Of a stretch of 64,000 bases of DNA, positions 9,700 through 19,751 are shown piece by piece. The translations under genes and the position numbers were made by a program. Numbering within the stretch: the first letter of the stretch is position 1; each line of letters opens with the position of its first letter. Under the pieces are notes generated by a model that saw only the letters and a program-made list of their open reading frames with translations, did no database searches and was not told where the DNA came from. The stretch lies in NCBI GenBank assembly GCA_050049875.1, contig JASFVL010000001.1, positions 987-64,986 of the forward strand. Reading direction: 5' to 3'. The DNA is from Anaerolineales bacterium. GTDB taxonomy: Bacteria > Chloroflexota > Anaerolineae > Anaerolineales > UBA11858.

Positions 9700-10353
9700 A
9701 TGACCAAACGATTGATTCTCGTCGCTGGAAACATTGCAGCCGGAAAGACCTCCCTCACTGAACGGCTTGGAGCACGATTGGATTGGTTAACATCCTTTGA
9801 GTCAGTAGCCGATAATCCGTATCTGCCTGATTTTTATGCAAATATGCAAACGTGGTCATTTCATTTACAGATATTTTTTTTGGGGCATCGCGCTCAGCAG
9901 CATTTAGACTTAGCAAAGAGTCAGAAGTCAGCGATCGCTGATCGAAGTATTTACGAGGACGCAAATATATTTGCGAGAGCTCTTCACCACATGGGTAATT
10001 TGTCAGATCGAGATTATTTAGCTTATCGTAGGGTATTTGATTTGGTAATTTCTAATTTGCCTTCACCAGACCTGCTTATCTATCTTAAAGCGCCTGTCGG
10101 CGTGCTTATGAAACGAATACAGCAGCGGGGACGTGAAATTGAATCAAGCATAACCACAGATTACTTGTCCCTACTCGAGACGTTCTATCAGGATTGGATG
10201 GAGACATTTGATCTATGCCCTGTGCTTACGATTAAGTCCGATGATCTGGATTTTGTGAATCGTTCAAGGCACCTTGACATTGTGATTGCGCGCATTCAAG
10301 ATAAACTTGCTGGTAAGGAAGAGTTGATTTTCCCCTCAGACACCAATCTATAA
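9700..10353 (+). CDS. Deoxynucleoside kinase (dAK/dGK family)
   Basis: P-loop GNIAAGKTS, DRS motif (ADRSIYED) and Arg-rich lid RIQQRGREIE. RBS AGGAGG. Confidence 0.85.
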   Translation: MTKRLILVAGNIAAGKTSLTERLGARLDWLTSFESVADNPYLPDFYANMQTWSFHLQIFFLGHRAQQHLDLAKSQKSAIADRSIYEDANIFARALHHMGNLSDRDYLAYRRVFDLVISNLPSPDLLIYLKAPVGVLMKRIQQRGREIESSITTDYLSLLETFYQDWMETFDLCPVLTIKSDDLDFVNRSRHLDIVIARIQDKLAGKEELIFPSDTNL

Positions 10354-12459
10354 ATTCCTTACTAAAACCATCAGAGTGATATCATCCATCTGGGGAGTAT
10401 CCCCCATGAATTCATGTACAGCTTTTAAAATCTCCTGCTGAACGATCTCAGCTGGTTGGAGCAGGTTAGCTTTGGATATTTCAACGATTTTTTTCTCATG
10501 AAAGAAATCTCCATTTCCATTCTGAGCTTCGGGTATACCATCGGTATATAAAACAAGAACATCACCTGGGTGGATTTGAACGTTTTTCTGTTCCCAGGTA
10601 GCATCCACTTCGAGTCCTATCGGAAATCCAGTGCTCATTAAGGCTTGAGAGTCTTTTTCATCCAGGGAACTAAGTAGGTAGGGTGGGTTATGACCCGCAT
10701 TGCTGTATTGCAAAACACCAGTCTCCAAATCTAACACACCGTAAAAAGCCGACACGAATAAATTGGCTTGGGTATCATTTAGAATCCGTTCATTTGTGGC
10801 GAATAATACTACATTTGGAGTGACATCGAATTCAGTTGCATAAGTGCGAATCAATGTCCGACTGAGTGTCATGTAGAGTGCTGGACCGATTCCTTTATCC
10901 ATCACATCAGCGATGACGATACCGATTTTTCCATCTGAAAGTGGGATGATATCAAAAAAATCTCCTGATGTTTCTCCTGCTGGGTCGAGAGTTACAGCTA
11001 GTTGCCATCCATGTAGATCTGGGAATGATCGTGGTAGTAAGCTGGATTGGATATTGCCGGCTAAGCGAAGTTCATCACTAACTCTTTGGTATTCAAGGGA
11101 TTGTTGATAGATCTCGCTTTGTTTATATGCTGAGGCTATCTGGGCCGCTAATGATTTTGTGGCAGAAGATAGAATGTTAAGAGCTGAATGATCCCATGGT
11201 TGAGCCAGTGTGTGGAGCTCTATTAGGATCCCCCCAATCGCATCATCGCTTTCTGCTTCTAATATCGGAGTAATTACAACCGGATTGTGCTCGGAGTCAT
11301 TTTCTTGCCAGGGAAGACACTCTTTTGTTGTATAAACTCTACTTACTTTTTCACTCAACAACCATGGCCATATGGGATCTAAATTTGGTGTCCAGTCATC
11401 AGGATGCTTACATATGATTTCTTCAGGAAAAGTCCAAATCACAATTTTTCCCGCAGGAAACATGGTAGGGATATGATCTTGGAGGATGTCCGGAAGTGTA
11501 TTGATGTCCGGAGGAGAAGATATGATTATTCTACTTAATTGTTCTAATCGCTCCAAAATTCGGGATTGTAAGCGTGAGCTTTCTGCTGTCCGACTGAGTT
11601 TACGAGCTAATAAAGCTACCAAAACCATGCCAACCATGAAGAAGATATAGATGGCTAAACCCTGCTGCAGGTATAGACCAGTAGCAAGGATGGCAAAAGG
11701 AGTGGCTAGATAAGGAAGCCCTATGGCTAAAAAGAAAAACAGTACGAAAGACCGGATTCGATCTGCACCTGCAAGGACGTGCTGCACCCAAGTGTTGTAG
11801 ATGAGAAAACCTGTCCACAAAATTGTTAGAAGTAGGAAATCAGCTAGAAGGGTTGTTAAACCAACAACAATGGTCTGAAATTTCAAACCAGGTAATGGGT
11901 ACGAACCTCCGATTGCCTGATACAAGGAAAGGGAGAGCAATGTAACCAGCGTCGCTGAGGCTAAATTCATTACAAAATTTCGCAATTGATTCAAACGAGC
12001 ATATGTAGAAGATGGTGTTATAAAACTGATTGTTGTACTTATTACAGTTGATAACACAGCAAGCCATAAAGCTGATGGCCCAAATAAAAATATCGCTGAC
12101 CAAAGTGCAATGCCAGCTATTGACCCGTCTGAACTCCCATATCGACTGGCTCGAATTTCAATGATAAGGTAAAAACGTAACCGTTCAAAAATTATCATCA
12201 AGACAGCAGTGATTCCAATTGCGATACCATTTTGCCTAAAAATCATCCAGTTAGTGATGTTGATCAACCAGATAATTCCAACTAGAGAAAGTGGTGTAGC
12301 AATTAATATGGTGATGATTTCCCCCGTTCCCCGAATCTGATTTTCAATTGACAGTTTTTCTAGATTTGGCCAGAATCGGCGAGCGATTTTGATTAACTTT
12401 CCAAAAAACTTATATTCTGATGTGAGAACCGCAAGGGATGGATGTGACTTAGAGATCAT
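10348..12459 (-). CDS. Multi-TM sensor with GAF-like region and SpoIIE/PP2C serine phosphatase domain
   Basis: The N-terminal ~300 aa are polytopic. The C-terminus has GDFFDIIPL...IVIADVMDKGIGPALYM and the terminal DDITLMVL typical of the SpoIIE/RsbU family. Confidence 0.85.
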   Translation of the reverse strand: MISKSHPSLAVLTSEYKFFGKLIKIARRFWPNLEKLSIENQIRGTGEIITILIATPLSLVGIIWLINITNWMIFRQNGIAIGITAVLMIIFERLRFYLIIEIRASRYGSSDGSIAGIALWSAIFLFGPSALWLAVLSTVISTTISFITPSSTYARLNQLRNFVMNLASATLVTLLSLSLYQAIGGSYPLPGLKFQTIVVGLTTLLADFLLLTILWTGFLIYNTWVQHVLAGADRIRSFVLFFFLAIGLPYLATPFAILATGLYLQQGLAIYIFFMVGMVLVALLARKLSRTAESSRLQSRILERLEQLSRIIISSPPDINTLPDILQDHIPTMFPAGKIVIWTFPEEIICKHPDDWTPNLDPIWPWLLSEKVSRVYTTKECLPWQENDSEHNPVVITPILEAESDDAIGGILIELHTLAQPWDHSALNILSSATKSLAAQIASAYKQSEIYQQSLEYQRVSDELRLAGNIQSSLLPRSFPDLHGWQLAVTLDPAGETSGDFFDIIPLSDGKIGIVIADVMDKGIGPALYMTLSRTLIRTYATEFDVTPNVVLFATNERILNDTQANLFVSAFYGVLDLETGVLQYSNAGHNPPYLLSSLDEKDSQALMSTGFPIGLEVDATWEQKNVQIHPGDVLVLYTDGIPEAQNGNGDFFHEKKIVEISKANLLQPAEIVQQEILKAVHEFMGDTPQMDDITLMVLVRNL

Positions 12460-12535
12460 ATCAAATCATGATACTGACAGACACTTTTCGTTTATATGAG
12501 CGAACAATACACCTGCCAATGTTTTTCTTTGTTGG

Positions 12536-13357
12536 TTAGTCTATGTGTAACCAGGTTCCCATCGGAGCGCCTTGTAGCACTTCTCGAATGGAGTCCTCAG
12601 CCTCTCCAGAAAAAATCATAACTTCTATTTCGGGAACATCTTCGATCAATGACAACATTAGTTCTATTTTGCTCGCCATTCCGCCCGTGACATCTGTAGC
12701 TTCCGAACCAGATATGATGGGTAAAACTTCTTTGGAGTTTCCTGGAGTGATCTCATCAATAACCTTTGTACAAGTTGGGAAATCGGCCCAAACACCTTTA
12801 TCAATACCAGCAATTAAGATTCGAGTTGGATGAAGTATTCGACCTAAATACGCAAACAGCTCTTCCGTTGATAATATCGTCCCACCCAGTATTTGATCAA
12901 AGACCACATCACCATATATTACAGGCAGTAAATTAGCTTCTAAGGCTTTTATTATTGGTTTTATATTCCATTCTGTGATCTTGCGATCATGTGTAGTAAC
13001 GGATCCCGAGGGTGGGAAGCTGATAGCAGGTATTCCGACTTTTTGCAATGCTTCCATGACGATGTGGTTGAGTTTAGTCGCCTGCTTCCAGACCTTGATA
13101 AATCCGAGCCAATCCTCTGTTTTATATACTCCATGACGAGTTTTATACTTAGCCGCAGGTCTATGTCCGTAGGATCCTGAACCATGACCTAGGATCAAAC
13201 ACAACTCTGGGTTCTGTTGATAAGCATGGGAAATATCTCCTGCAATGCGCTGCAATATATCTGAACGGTGAGTATGTGGTTGAGTTTTATCAGTGATGAG
13301 GGAACCGCCTAGCTTGATGAATTGGATCCTTTTGGATGGAGGGGGTATACTGGTCAT
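12536..13357 (-). CDS. ipk: Isopentenyl phosphate kinase (amino-acid-kinase fold)
   Basis: IKLGGSLITDK and GHGSGSYGH motifs. Start moved to the internal ATG (MTSIPPP...), 4 nt after the mvk stop. The ORF-track start 13432 would overlap mvk by 71 nt. Confidence 0.8.
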   Translation of the reverse strand: MTSIPPPSKRIQFIKLGGSLITDKTQPHTHRSDILQRIAGDISHAYQQNPELCLILGHGSGSYGHRPAAKYKTRHGVYKTEDWLGFIKVWKQATKLNHIVMEALQKVGIPAISFPPSGSVTTHDRKITEWNIKPIIKALEANLLPVIYGDVVFDQILGGTILSTEELFAYLGRILHPTRILIAGIDKGVWADFPTCTKVIDEITPGNSKEVLPIISGSEATDVTGGMASKIELMLSLIEDVPEIEVMIFSGEAEDSIREVLQGAPMGTWLHID

Positions 13358-13361
13358 AGGT

Positions 13362-14306
13362 TTAGATGCCAACCTTAGTGACGAATGTATTAACCGCCCC
13401 AGCTTCCAATAAATCGTTTGAGATTTTATCAACTTGCTTTGGATCGGCTAGAGCAACCATATTACCTCCGCGGCCTCCTCCAGAAAGTTTAGCACCCAAT
13501 GCACCAGATCTAATTGCAGTCTCGACCAGATTATCAAGTTCGGGTGAGGATATTCCCATTTTCCGAAGGAGTTGGTGGTTCTCATTCATTAACTTCCCAA
13601 GGATATTAATTTCACCAGCCTCAATGGCTTTTCGGGCACTCTTGACCATATTCCCTATTTCATTGAACATTTCTTCGTGATGTTTTTGATCAGTTTTCCA
13701 AGCTTGGCGCAACCTTCTGACAGTTTTTGATGTGGGGCTAGGTATACCAGTGTCAGCAACAATCAAAGTGAAAGGTTGACCTGGTTTAAAGGTTGTTGCC
13801 TGCTTCCCTTTGACATAATAAACTGGTTGATCATAGGTAATAACAGTATTATCAATCCCCGATGGGGTTCCATGGTGGATTTTATCCACTTCGAAAGCTA
13901 TTTTGGAGACCTTCTCCTGTGGGAGAGGATGTCCCAAAAATGCAGATAACGCCCGGATGATCACCACAGAGATGGCTGCCCCCGAACCAAGACCTGCTGC
14001 GATGGGTATTGTTGAGGATACCCTAACTATGCAGGATGGTGGCCTGTCCACCGCTAATTCGGAGAGCACACATCGGATGGCATAGGCTAGAGGGTTATTA
14101 GAAGGGAGTTTTGTGAGCTTCGAATCCAAACCGATATCCGGAGCTTGTATTTGAACCTGCCCTTGAGGTGCGGTAATATCTCCCCAAACGGTGGCATTTG
14201 CCTTAATTTGGTGAACTGGGACCGCTATAGCTGGTCGACCGTAGACTACAGCATGTTCTCCCAGTATGATTACCTTACCGGGGGCAGATGAGGAAAAAGC
14301 GGGCAT
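13362..14306 (-). CDS. mvk: Mevalonate kinase (GHMP family)
   Basis: APGKVIILGEHAVVYG N-terminus, GHMP ATP motif PIAAGLGSGAA, and C-terminal KLSGGGRGG. Confidence 0.9.
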   Translation of the reverse strand: MPAFSSSAPGKVIILGEHAVVYGRPAIAVPVHQIKANATVWGDITAPQGQVQIQAPDIGLDSKLTKLPSNNPLAYAIRCVLSELAVDRPPSCIVRVSSTIPIAAGLGSGAAISVVIIRALSAFLGHPLPQEKVSKIAFEVDKIHHGTPSGIDNTVITYDQPVYYVKGKQATTFKPGQPFTLIVADTGIPSPTSKTVRRLRQAWKTDQKHHEEMFNEIGNMVKSARKAIEAGEINILGKLMNENHQLLRKMGISSPELDNLVETAIRSGALGAKLSGGGRGGNMVALADPKQVDKISNDLLEAGAVNTFVTKVGI

Positions 14307-14367
14307 ATCTTTGAAGATTTAAAAATAATCGATGGATTAATAGCAGGAGTGAAGTAGCGAATTTCTC

Positions 14368-15234
14368 TTAGAAGATATAAAAAATTGATAAAACAGCCAA
14401 GCCGTAGAGCAGGATCGAAATTTGGAGAGGTATATCTGAAAAAACCACATCCTCTGGAGCTCCACCCTGTTCCATTTGAATGAGATATAGATAGCGGAAG
14501 ATGCCATAGAGTACAAATGGAATTGTTAGCATCATAGCGTGATTATCAGGTAAGTTCGGTGCGGAGAACGTATAAAGACTATAAGCTACAATTGTTGTTC
14601 CTGAAACAATTGTAATAAATTGATCTAGTAGAGGAATTGTATAGCCATCTAGAACACGCCGATGAGAGTTGGCGTTCTCAGCCAATAACATTAGTTCAGC
14701 TCGTCTTTTACCGAAACCGATATAAAGGGCAAGGAGGGTGGTAACAACATATAACCAAGGAGAGAACCTGTCAACATCGATGAGCACTACACCTGCTCCA
14801 ACACGCAGGACGTAAAAGGAAGCGAGGACAAGCACATCGATAATGGCGTAATGTTTTAGCCATTTCGAGTAGGAAACGTTAAGAAATATGTAGATTAGAG
14901 TGATGAGGGCAAAGGCTGGTGAGAGGAGGTATGCAGCGGGTAACGCAATAATTGGTAAAAATATTGCAATGCCAAGAGCAATTGATATGGGCAGTTTTCC
15001 GGATGCTATGGGGCGATTTCGTTTTATTGGGTGTTGGCGATCCGCTTCCAGATCGGCAATATCATTAATAATGTAGACAGTGCTTGCAAGCAAGCTGAAA
15101 ATGACAAAACCTGATAGGATGTCCAAGAGTGCAGGGAGGTTTGTCAGTTTGCGGTCAAAAATCAAGGCCGCAAAGATGAATATGTTTTTTGCCCACTGTT
15201 TTGGGCGCAGAGATAAGATTACAGCGCGCAACAT
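14368..15234 (-). CDS. UbiA-superfamily prenyltransferase, decaprenyl-phosphate phosphoribosyltransferase-like
   Basis: LRPKQWAKNIFIFAALIF and NDIADLEADRQHPIKRNRPIASG match the DPPR-synthase branch of the UbiA family. About 8 TM segments. Confidence 0.8.
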   Translation of the reverse strand: MLRAVILSLRPKQWAKNIFIFAALIFDRKLTNLPALLDILSGFVIFSLLASTVYIINDIADLEADRQHPIKRNRPIASGKLPISIALGIAIFLPIIALPAAYLLSPAFALITLIYIFLNVSYSKWLKHYAIIDVLVLASFYVLRVGAGVVLIDVDRFSPWLYVVTTLLALYIGFGKRRAELMLLAENANSHRRVLDGYTIPLLDQFITIVSGTTIVAYSLYTFSAPNLPDNHAMMLTIPFVLYGIFRYLYLIQMEQGGAPEDVVFSDIPLQISILLYGLAVLSIFYIF

Positions 15235-15317
15235 GGGTCTATAATAGCATGGTTTTGGGGGTTATGAATGGAAAATTACGATAATGATAGTGATTTGGGA
15301 TTTACCCCTAACACGAG

Positions 15318-16424
15318 TTACACAAATATTCCATTCCGATAGATAATTTCTCCATCAACTAATATTTCCGAGTCCGTGTGAAGATCGCAGATCATATCCC
15401 AATGGATCTTACTCTTGTTCTGGCTTCCAGTTTCTGGATACCCCGCTCCCAAAGCCATATGAAAAGTTCCGCCAATTTTCTCATCGAATAGGATGATTCC
15501 CGTGAATCGGTTAATGTGATAATTGGTTCCAATCGCGAATTCCCCAACAAATCGAGCTCCAGTATCGGTCTCCAGCATCTCTAGAAGAAAATCTTGGTTC
15601 TTTTTTGCACTTGCTTTGATCACTTTTCCATTCTCGAAGGTCAGTTCAACCCCCTCTACGACTCGTCCTGCATAAATTGCAGGATATGTATATCGTACCC
15701 AGCCACTGACCGAATCCTCGACAGGGCTAGTGTAAATTTCTCCGTCGGGCATGTTGTGCTTACCGTAGGAGTTGCGAAATTTCCTGCCTTTGATTGAAAG
15801 GGATAAATCTACATCAGATCCGCGGACAATAATCTGATCATGACCCTCAATACGATCGACGATTTCCTGTTGTTCCAGTTTTACACCTTGCCAATAAGAT
15901 ACAGGATCAGAGGTTGCAGGGTCAGCATGACAAGCACTAAAAACGAAATCCTCGAATTCCAAAATTCCCATCTCCGCTTCCATAGCGTAAGCTGCAGTAG
16001 GATAGAGCGTACTGACCCATTTGAAAGTTTTCTCAGCGCCACGTATCATTTGTGTTCTCAAAATGGGGGCATGAGCCTCTTGTCGTTTTTTCTGACGACT
16101 AGCATCTATATTACTTAGCGCCCGAGTATTGGTACTAGAGGATATTCGAATGCGTGATTCGAATTGTTCATATGCCATCTCACGAAAAGGATGGATATTT
16201 GATAATTGTTTTTCATTCCCATAAGTAAAAAGCAATTCTTCTTCATTCTGCAAGGATAATAGCGGGTAAGCGTAACCTTCGTTTTTTAGAATTTCCGCTA
16301 TAAGGGCTCTAACGAGTGGTTCAGCGACCGTGGTAGCTTCGATTGCCACACGGTCGCCAGCTTGAATAGAAGCAGAATGTTCAACTAAGATTCGAGCGAG
16401 TTTTTGAAGTCGTGGATCTATCAA
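15318..16424 (-). CDS. Aminopeptidase, M29 (AmpS/PepS) family
   Basis: N-terminus DPRLQKLARILVEHSASIQAGDRV and C-terminal HMALG...HWDMI match thermophilic metalloaminopeptidases. Confidence 0.85.
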   Translation of the reverse strand: MIDPRLQKLARILVEHSASIQAGDRVAIEATTVAEPLVRALIAEILKNEGYAYPLLSLQNEEELLFTYGNEKQLSNIHPFREMAYEQFESRIRISSSTNTRALSNIDASRQKKRQEAHAPILRTQMIRGAEKTFKWVSTLYPTAAYAMEAEMGILEFEDFVFSACHADPATSDPVSYWQGVKLEQQEIVDRIEGHDQIIVRGSDVDLSLSIKGRKFRNSYGKHNMPDGEIYTSPVEDSVSGWVRYTYPAIYAGRVVEGVELTFENGKVIKASAKKNQDFLLEMLETDTGARFVGEFAIGTNYHINRFTGIILFDEKIGGTFHMALGAGYPETGSQNKSKIHWDMICDLHTDSEILVDGEIIYRNGIFV

Positions 16425-16568
16425 GGGATACTCCAGGTGGCTTTATCGGGCTGATTATATCATGACGTATGATGCAATCAGGCATCACTGGGTTTGGTCA
16501 AATTGTGGACCTGAGGGGCGTGTTTAAATATGGATGAATTTCTATTGAGTTGCGGTATACTGATTAAC

Positions 16569-18746
16569 ATGAAACAAATTTTACAAAACTTCCGAACGGG
16601 GAAAACGATAATCGCAGATGTTCCAATTCCTAAACCAAAACCAGGTAATGCTTTAATCCGTACATGTGCTTCCCTGGTCTCCGTGGGCACTGAGAGAATG
16701 TTGATTGAATTCGCTGAAAAATCACTTTTGAGTAAAGCCCGTTCCCGACCAGATCTGGTTAAACAATTATTAGATAAAGCTCGCAGAGAAGGGTTATTAA
16801 CTGCCACTGAAGCTGCTATTAATCGATTAGATCAGGCAATTCCTCTAGGTTACTCATCCGCGGGAACTATTATTGAGTTGGGAGAGAATCTAGAGGGGTT
16901 TCATGTTGGTCAGCGGGTTGCGTGTGCCGGTGGAGGGTACGCTGTCCATGCTGAGTTCGTCCTTGTGCCCCAAAATTTGATAACTGCTCTTCCAGATAAT
17001 GTGGAATTTGAGTCAGCCGCTTTTACTACTGTCGGGGCAATCGCTCTACATGGATTCCGTTTATCAGAGTGTCAAATTGGCGAGCGCATTGCTGTTATCG
17101 GATTGGGTTTATTAGGCATGTTGACAACCGGAATTGCTCTTGCCTCCGGCTGTCATGTAATTGGGATTGATCTCAACCCCAAGCGCGTGCAGTTAGCACA
17201 GATTTTTGATGGTCAGTTTGTTACACGGGATGAAGCCGAACAGGCTGCACAAAGTTTTTCTCGCGGTCGCGGTGTCGATGCAGTGTTGATATGCGCAGAT
17301 ACTCCATCCAGTGACCCTGTAGAATTGGCAGGGATTATCGCTAGAGATCGAGCTAAGATCGTCGCAATCGGTGCCGTAGGGTTGAAAATCCCACGAAAAC
17401 AATATTTTGATAAAGAACTGTCATTAATTAACTCTAGATCATATGGTCCAGGGCGTTATGACTCCGATTATGAGGAAGCTGGTCATGATTATCCGTTGGG
17501 ATATGTTCGCTGGACGGAGGGGCGTAATTTAGAAGCTTTTGTTGACTTATTGTCCAGTGGTCGGTTGGATGTTAAACCACTTATATCCCATCGTTTTCCA
17601 GTTGATCGTGCTTTAGAAGCTTATCGACTTATAAGCGAGAAGAACAAGGAACCTTACCTCGGGGTTATGTTAAATTATCCAAAAGAGACTGAAACGACTG
17701 ACTTTGACACCAGTATTCAACACATTGATATAGATGCTCATCCAACGCAACATACATCTATTGTACGTATGGGGGTATTGGGGGCTGGGAACTTCGCTAC
17801 TGCAATATTATTACCCATACTTAAAAAGCTTAAGGATGTAAAATTGATTGGGGTTGCTACACCATCTGGAGTCAGCGCGCACCACGCTGCAAGCAAGTTT
17901 GGATTTCAGTATGCCACAAGCGACATAAACAAGGTACTGGAAGATCCTTCCATAAATACCATTGCTATCCTCACGCGTCACAATTTGCATGCGGAACAAT
18001 TGACCGAAGCGATAAGAAAGGGTAAACACGTATTTTGTGAAAAACCATTGGCTATCACCAAAGATGGGTTAGAAATGATTATTAATGAATGGCAACAGGT
18101 TATTGATAACGATTTATTGATCACAGTTGGATTTAACCGCCGTTTTTCCCCACTAGCTCGGCGAATGTTGGAATTTGTTCGCAAAGCACCCGAGCCTCTC
18201 TATATAAGCTATCGAATCAACGCTGGATATCTTCCACCGGATCACTGGTTGCACGATCCTCAACAGGGGGGTGGAAGAATTATCGGGGAGGCATGTCATT
18301 TCATTGATTTTTTAGTGTTTTTAGTAGGTGAAATGCCGAACAATGTTTTGACATCTGCCCTTCCTGATCAAGGTCGCTATAGGAAGGATAACGTTCACCT
18401 GACTTTTAAATTTCCTGGTGGATCTTTAGGCACCGTAACATATTTAGCCAATGGAGATAAGAATTTCCATAAAGAACGTATAGAAGTATTTACGGGGGGA
18501 CAGATTGCCATACTTGAAGATTACCGCGTCCTGACAATGGTAAAAGATGGTCGCCGTACGGTTGAACGTACTCGCTTCCGCCAAGATAAAGGTCACCAAG
18601 GGTTATGGGAGGCATATATAAGATCAATTCAGCAAGGGGGACCTCCACCGATACCTAATAACCAAATAATTGGTGTTACCAAAGCATCTTTTTCTGCAAT
18701 GAATTCCCTAAACAAAGGACAACCAGTCGATATCCGTTTGAGCTAG
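16569..18746 (+). CDS. Bi-domain oxidoreductase (Zn-ADH/MDR domain fused to Gfo/Idh/MocA domain)
   Basis: The N-terminal half has an MDR Rossmann motif (VIGLGLLG). The second half has GVLGAGNFA and EKPLA, typical of Gfo/Idh/MocA. Start moved to MKQILQNF (ATG 16569). Confidence 0.8.
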   Translation: MKQILQNFRTGKTIIADVPIPKPKPGNALIRTCASLVSVGTERMLIEFAEKSLLSKARSRPDLVKQLLDKARREGLLTATEAAINRLDQAIPLGYSSAGTIIELGENLEGFHVGQRVACAGGGYAVHAEFVLVPQNLITALPDNVEFESAAFTTVGAIALHGFRLSECQIGERIAVIGLGLLGMLTTGIALASGCHVIGIDLNPKRVQLAQIFDGQFVTRDEAEQAAQSFSRGRGVDAVLICADTPSSDPVELAGIIARDRAKIVAIGAVGLKIPRKQYFDKELSLINSRSYGPGRYDSDYEEAGHDYPLGYVRWTEGRNLEAFVDLLSSGRLDVKPLISHRFPVDRALEAYRLISEKNKEPYLGVMLNYPKETETTDFDTSIQHIDIDAHPTQHTSIVRMGVLGAGNFATAILLPILKKLKDVKLIGVATPSGVSAHHAASKFGFQYATSDINKVLEDPSINTIAILTRHNLHAEQLTEAIRKGKHVFCEKPLAITKDGLEMIINEWQQVIDNDLLITVGFNRRFSPLARRMLEFVRKAPEPLYISYRINAGYLPPDHWLHDPQQGGGRIIGEACHFIDFLVFLVGEMPNNVLTSALPDQGRYRKDNVHLTFKFPGGSLGTVTYLANGDKNFHKERIEVFTGGQIAILEDYRVLTMVKDGRRTVERTRFRQDKGHQGLWEAYIRSIQQGGPPPIPNNQIIGVTKASFSAMNSLNKGQPVDIRLS

Positions 18747-18828
18747 ATAATCTTTTGATAGAATGCGGTGAGTTTTGTTGGGCATTACTTTTAACAGATA
18801 GGAAGATATGATGGATGATGGTAGTTAA

Positions 18829-19503
18829 TTAAAATCCTCGAAGTTGGCTTTCCCAAGGGGGATCTTTTCCTTCTTTATATTCTTGTACACTTGGACCCCC
18901 AAGATTCTGTAATCTCCACGATCCATATAAATAACTAATCACGAGTAAAGCAATCGTCGCCGGGAACCCAGTTATTACGGTAAATATCCCCAATAACCAG
19001 ATGTTACCATCTTGAAAGAGGTTTATGCGAACGAATGAACGTAAAAAGAAAAAAGACATCCAAATTAATGTTACCCCCGAATATGCAGGTCTAACTTTAG
19101 GGTGCCAATACCAATCTCGGGGCCAATTGCGACCAAAGTGGCTTATCCAACTAATAAGTGGTTTTTTAAAAATGATACTTATAAAGCAAGCAAGAGTGAA
19201 GGTGACTCCTTCGAGAATACCAGGTATAAAATATCCCTCTGCTCTCCCTAACCAATTTGCAGCTAGGATAGCCGCTATGACCACCCCCAATCCTCCCAAA
19301 GCATATAGGAGAGACTCCCCACGAAGGAGACGGATGATTGTGAAGGCAACAATAAACACGAGTGAACTCCATATCGCGTAATTTAAATTTACCAATGCAT
19401 TAATGCTTACAAAAATGAGGGGGGGAAGGACTGTGTCAATCAGACTGGATCTTTCTTGAGTGATAATCTCAATTTCTTGATAGATTTCACGCAGTTTTTT
19501 CAT
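18829..19503 (-). CDS. Integral membrane protein (possibly DUF3159-like)
   Basis: About 6 hydrophobic segments. The family assignment is from memory and weak. Confidence 0.55.
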   Translation of the reverse strand: MKKLREIYQEIEIITQERSSLIDTVLPPLIFVSINALVNLNYAIWSSLVFIVAFTIIRLLRGESLLYALGGLGVVIAAILAANWLGRAEGYFIPGILEGVTFTLACFISIIFKKPLISWISHFGRNWPRDWYWHPKVRPAYSGVTLIWMSFFFLRSFVRINLFQDGNIWLLGIFTVITGFPATIALLVISYLYGSWRLQNLGGPSVQEYKEGKDPPWESQLRGF

Positions 19504-19751
19504 TGATATTCACTTCGATTATTTTTAAAGACATCCCCAAACGGATAGTCGATGATAGAATTTTCAATTGGTAAAATGAAACGGAAAGGATACTAAGGTC
19601 CACTTAGTTGTCCTGTTAACTCAAGATGATTATGCTACGATGTTACTCTAAATTGGGGGTGAAAACCCATAATTTACAGTAAGATTGAATTACAATCAAC
19701 AAAACAGACAGGATAAAAAAGCGGTGGATCGGTCTTCCGATATAAAAAATT

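Noticed and set aside
16478-16807. 109-aa minus-strand ORF at the start of the bi-domain oxidoreductase
   Set aside because: It overlaps the well-supported plus-strand gene and has no motif.
19025-19381. 118-aa plus-strand ORF antisense to the 18829-19503 membrane protein
   Set aside because: The K/R/P-rich low-complexity product is typical of the reverse frame of a hydrophobic gene. The minus-strand ORF is longer and has coherent TM segments.
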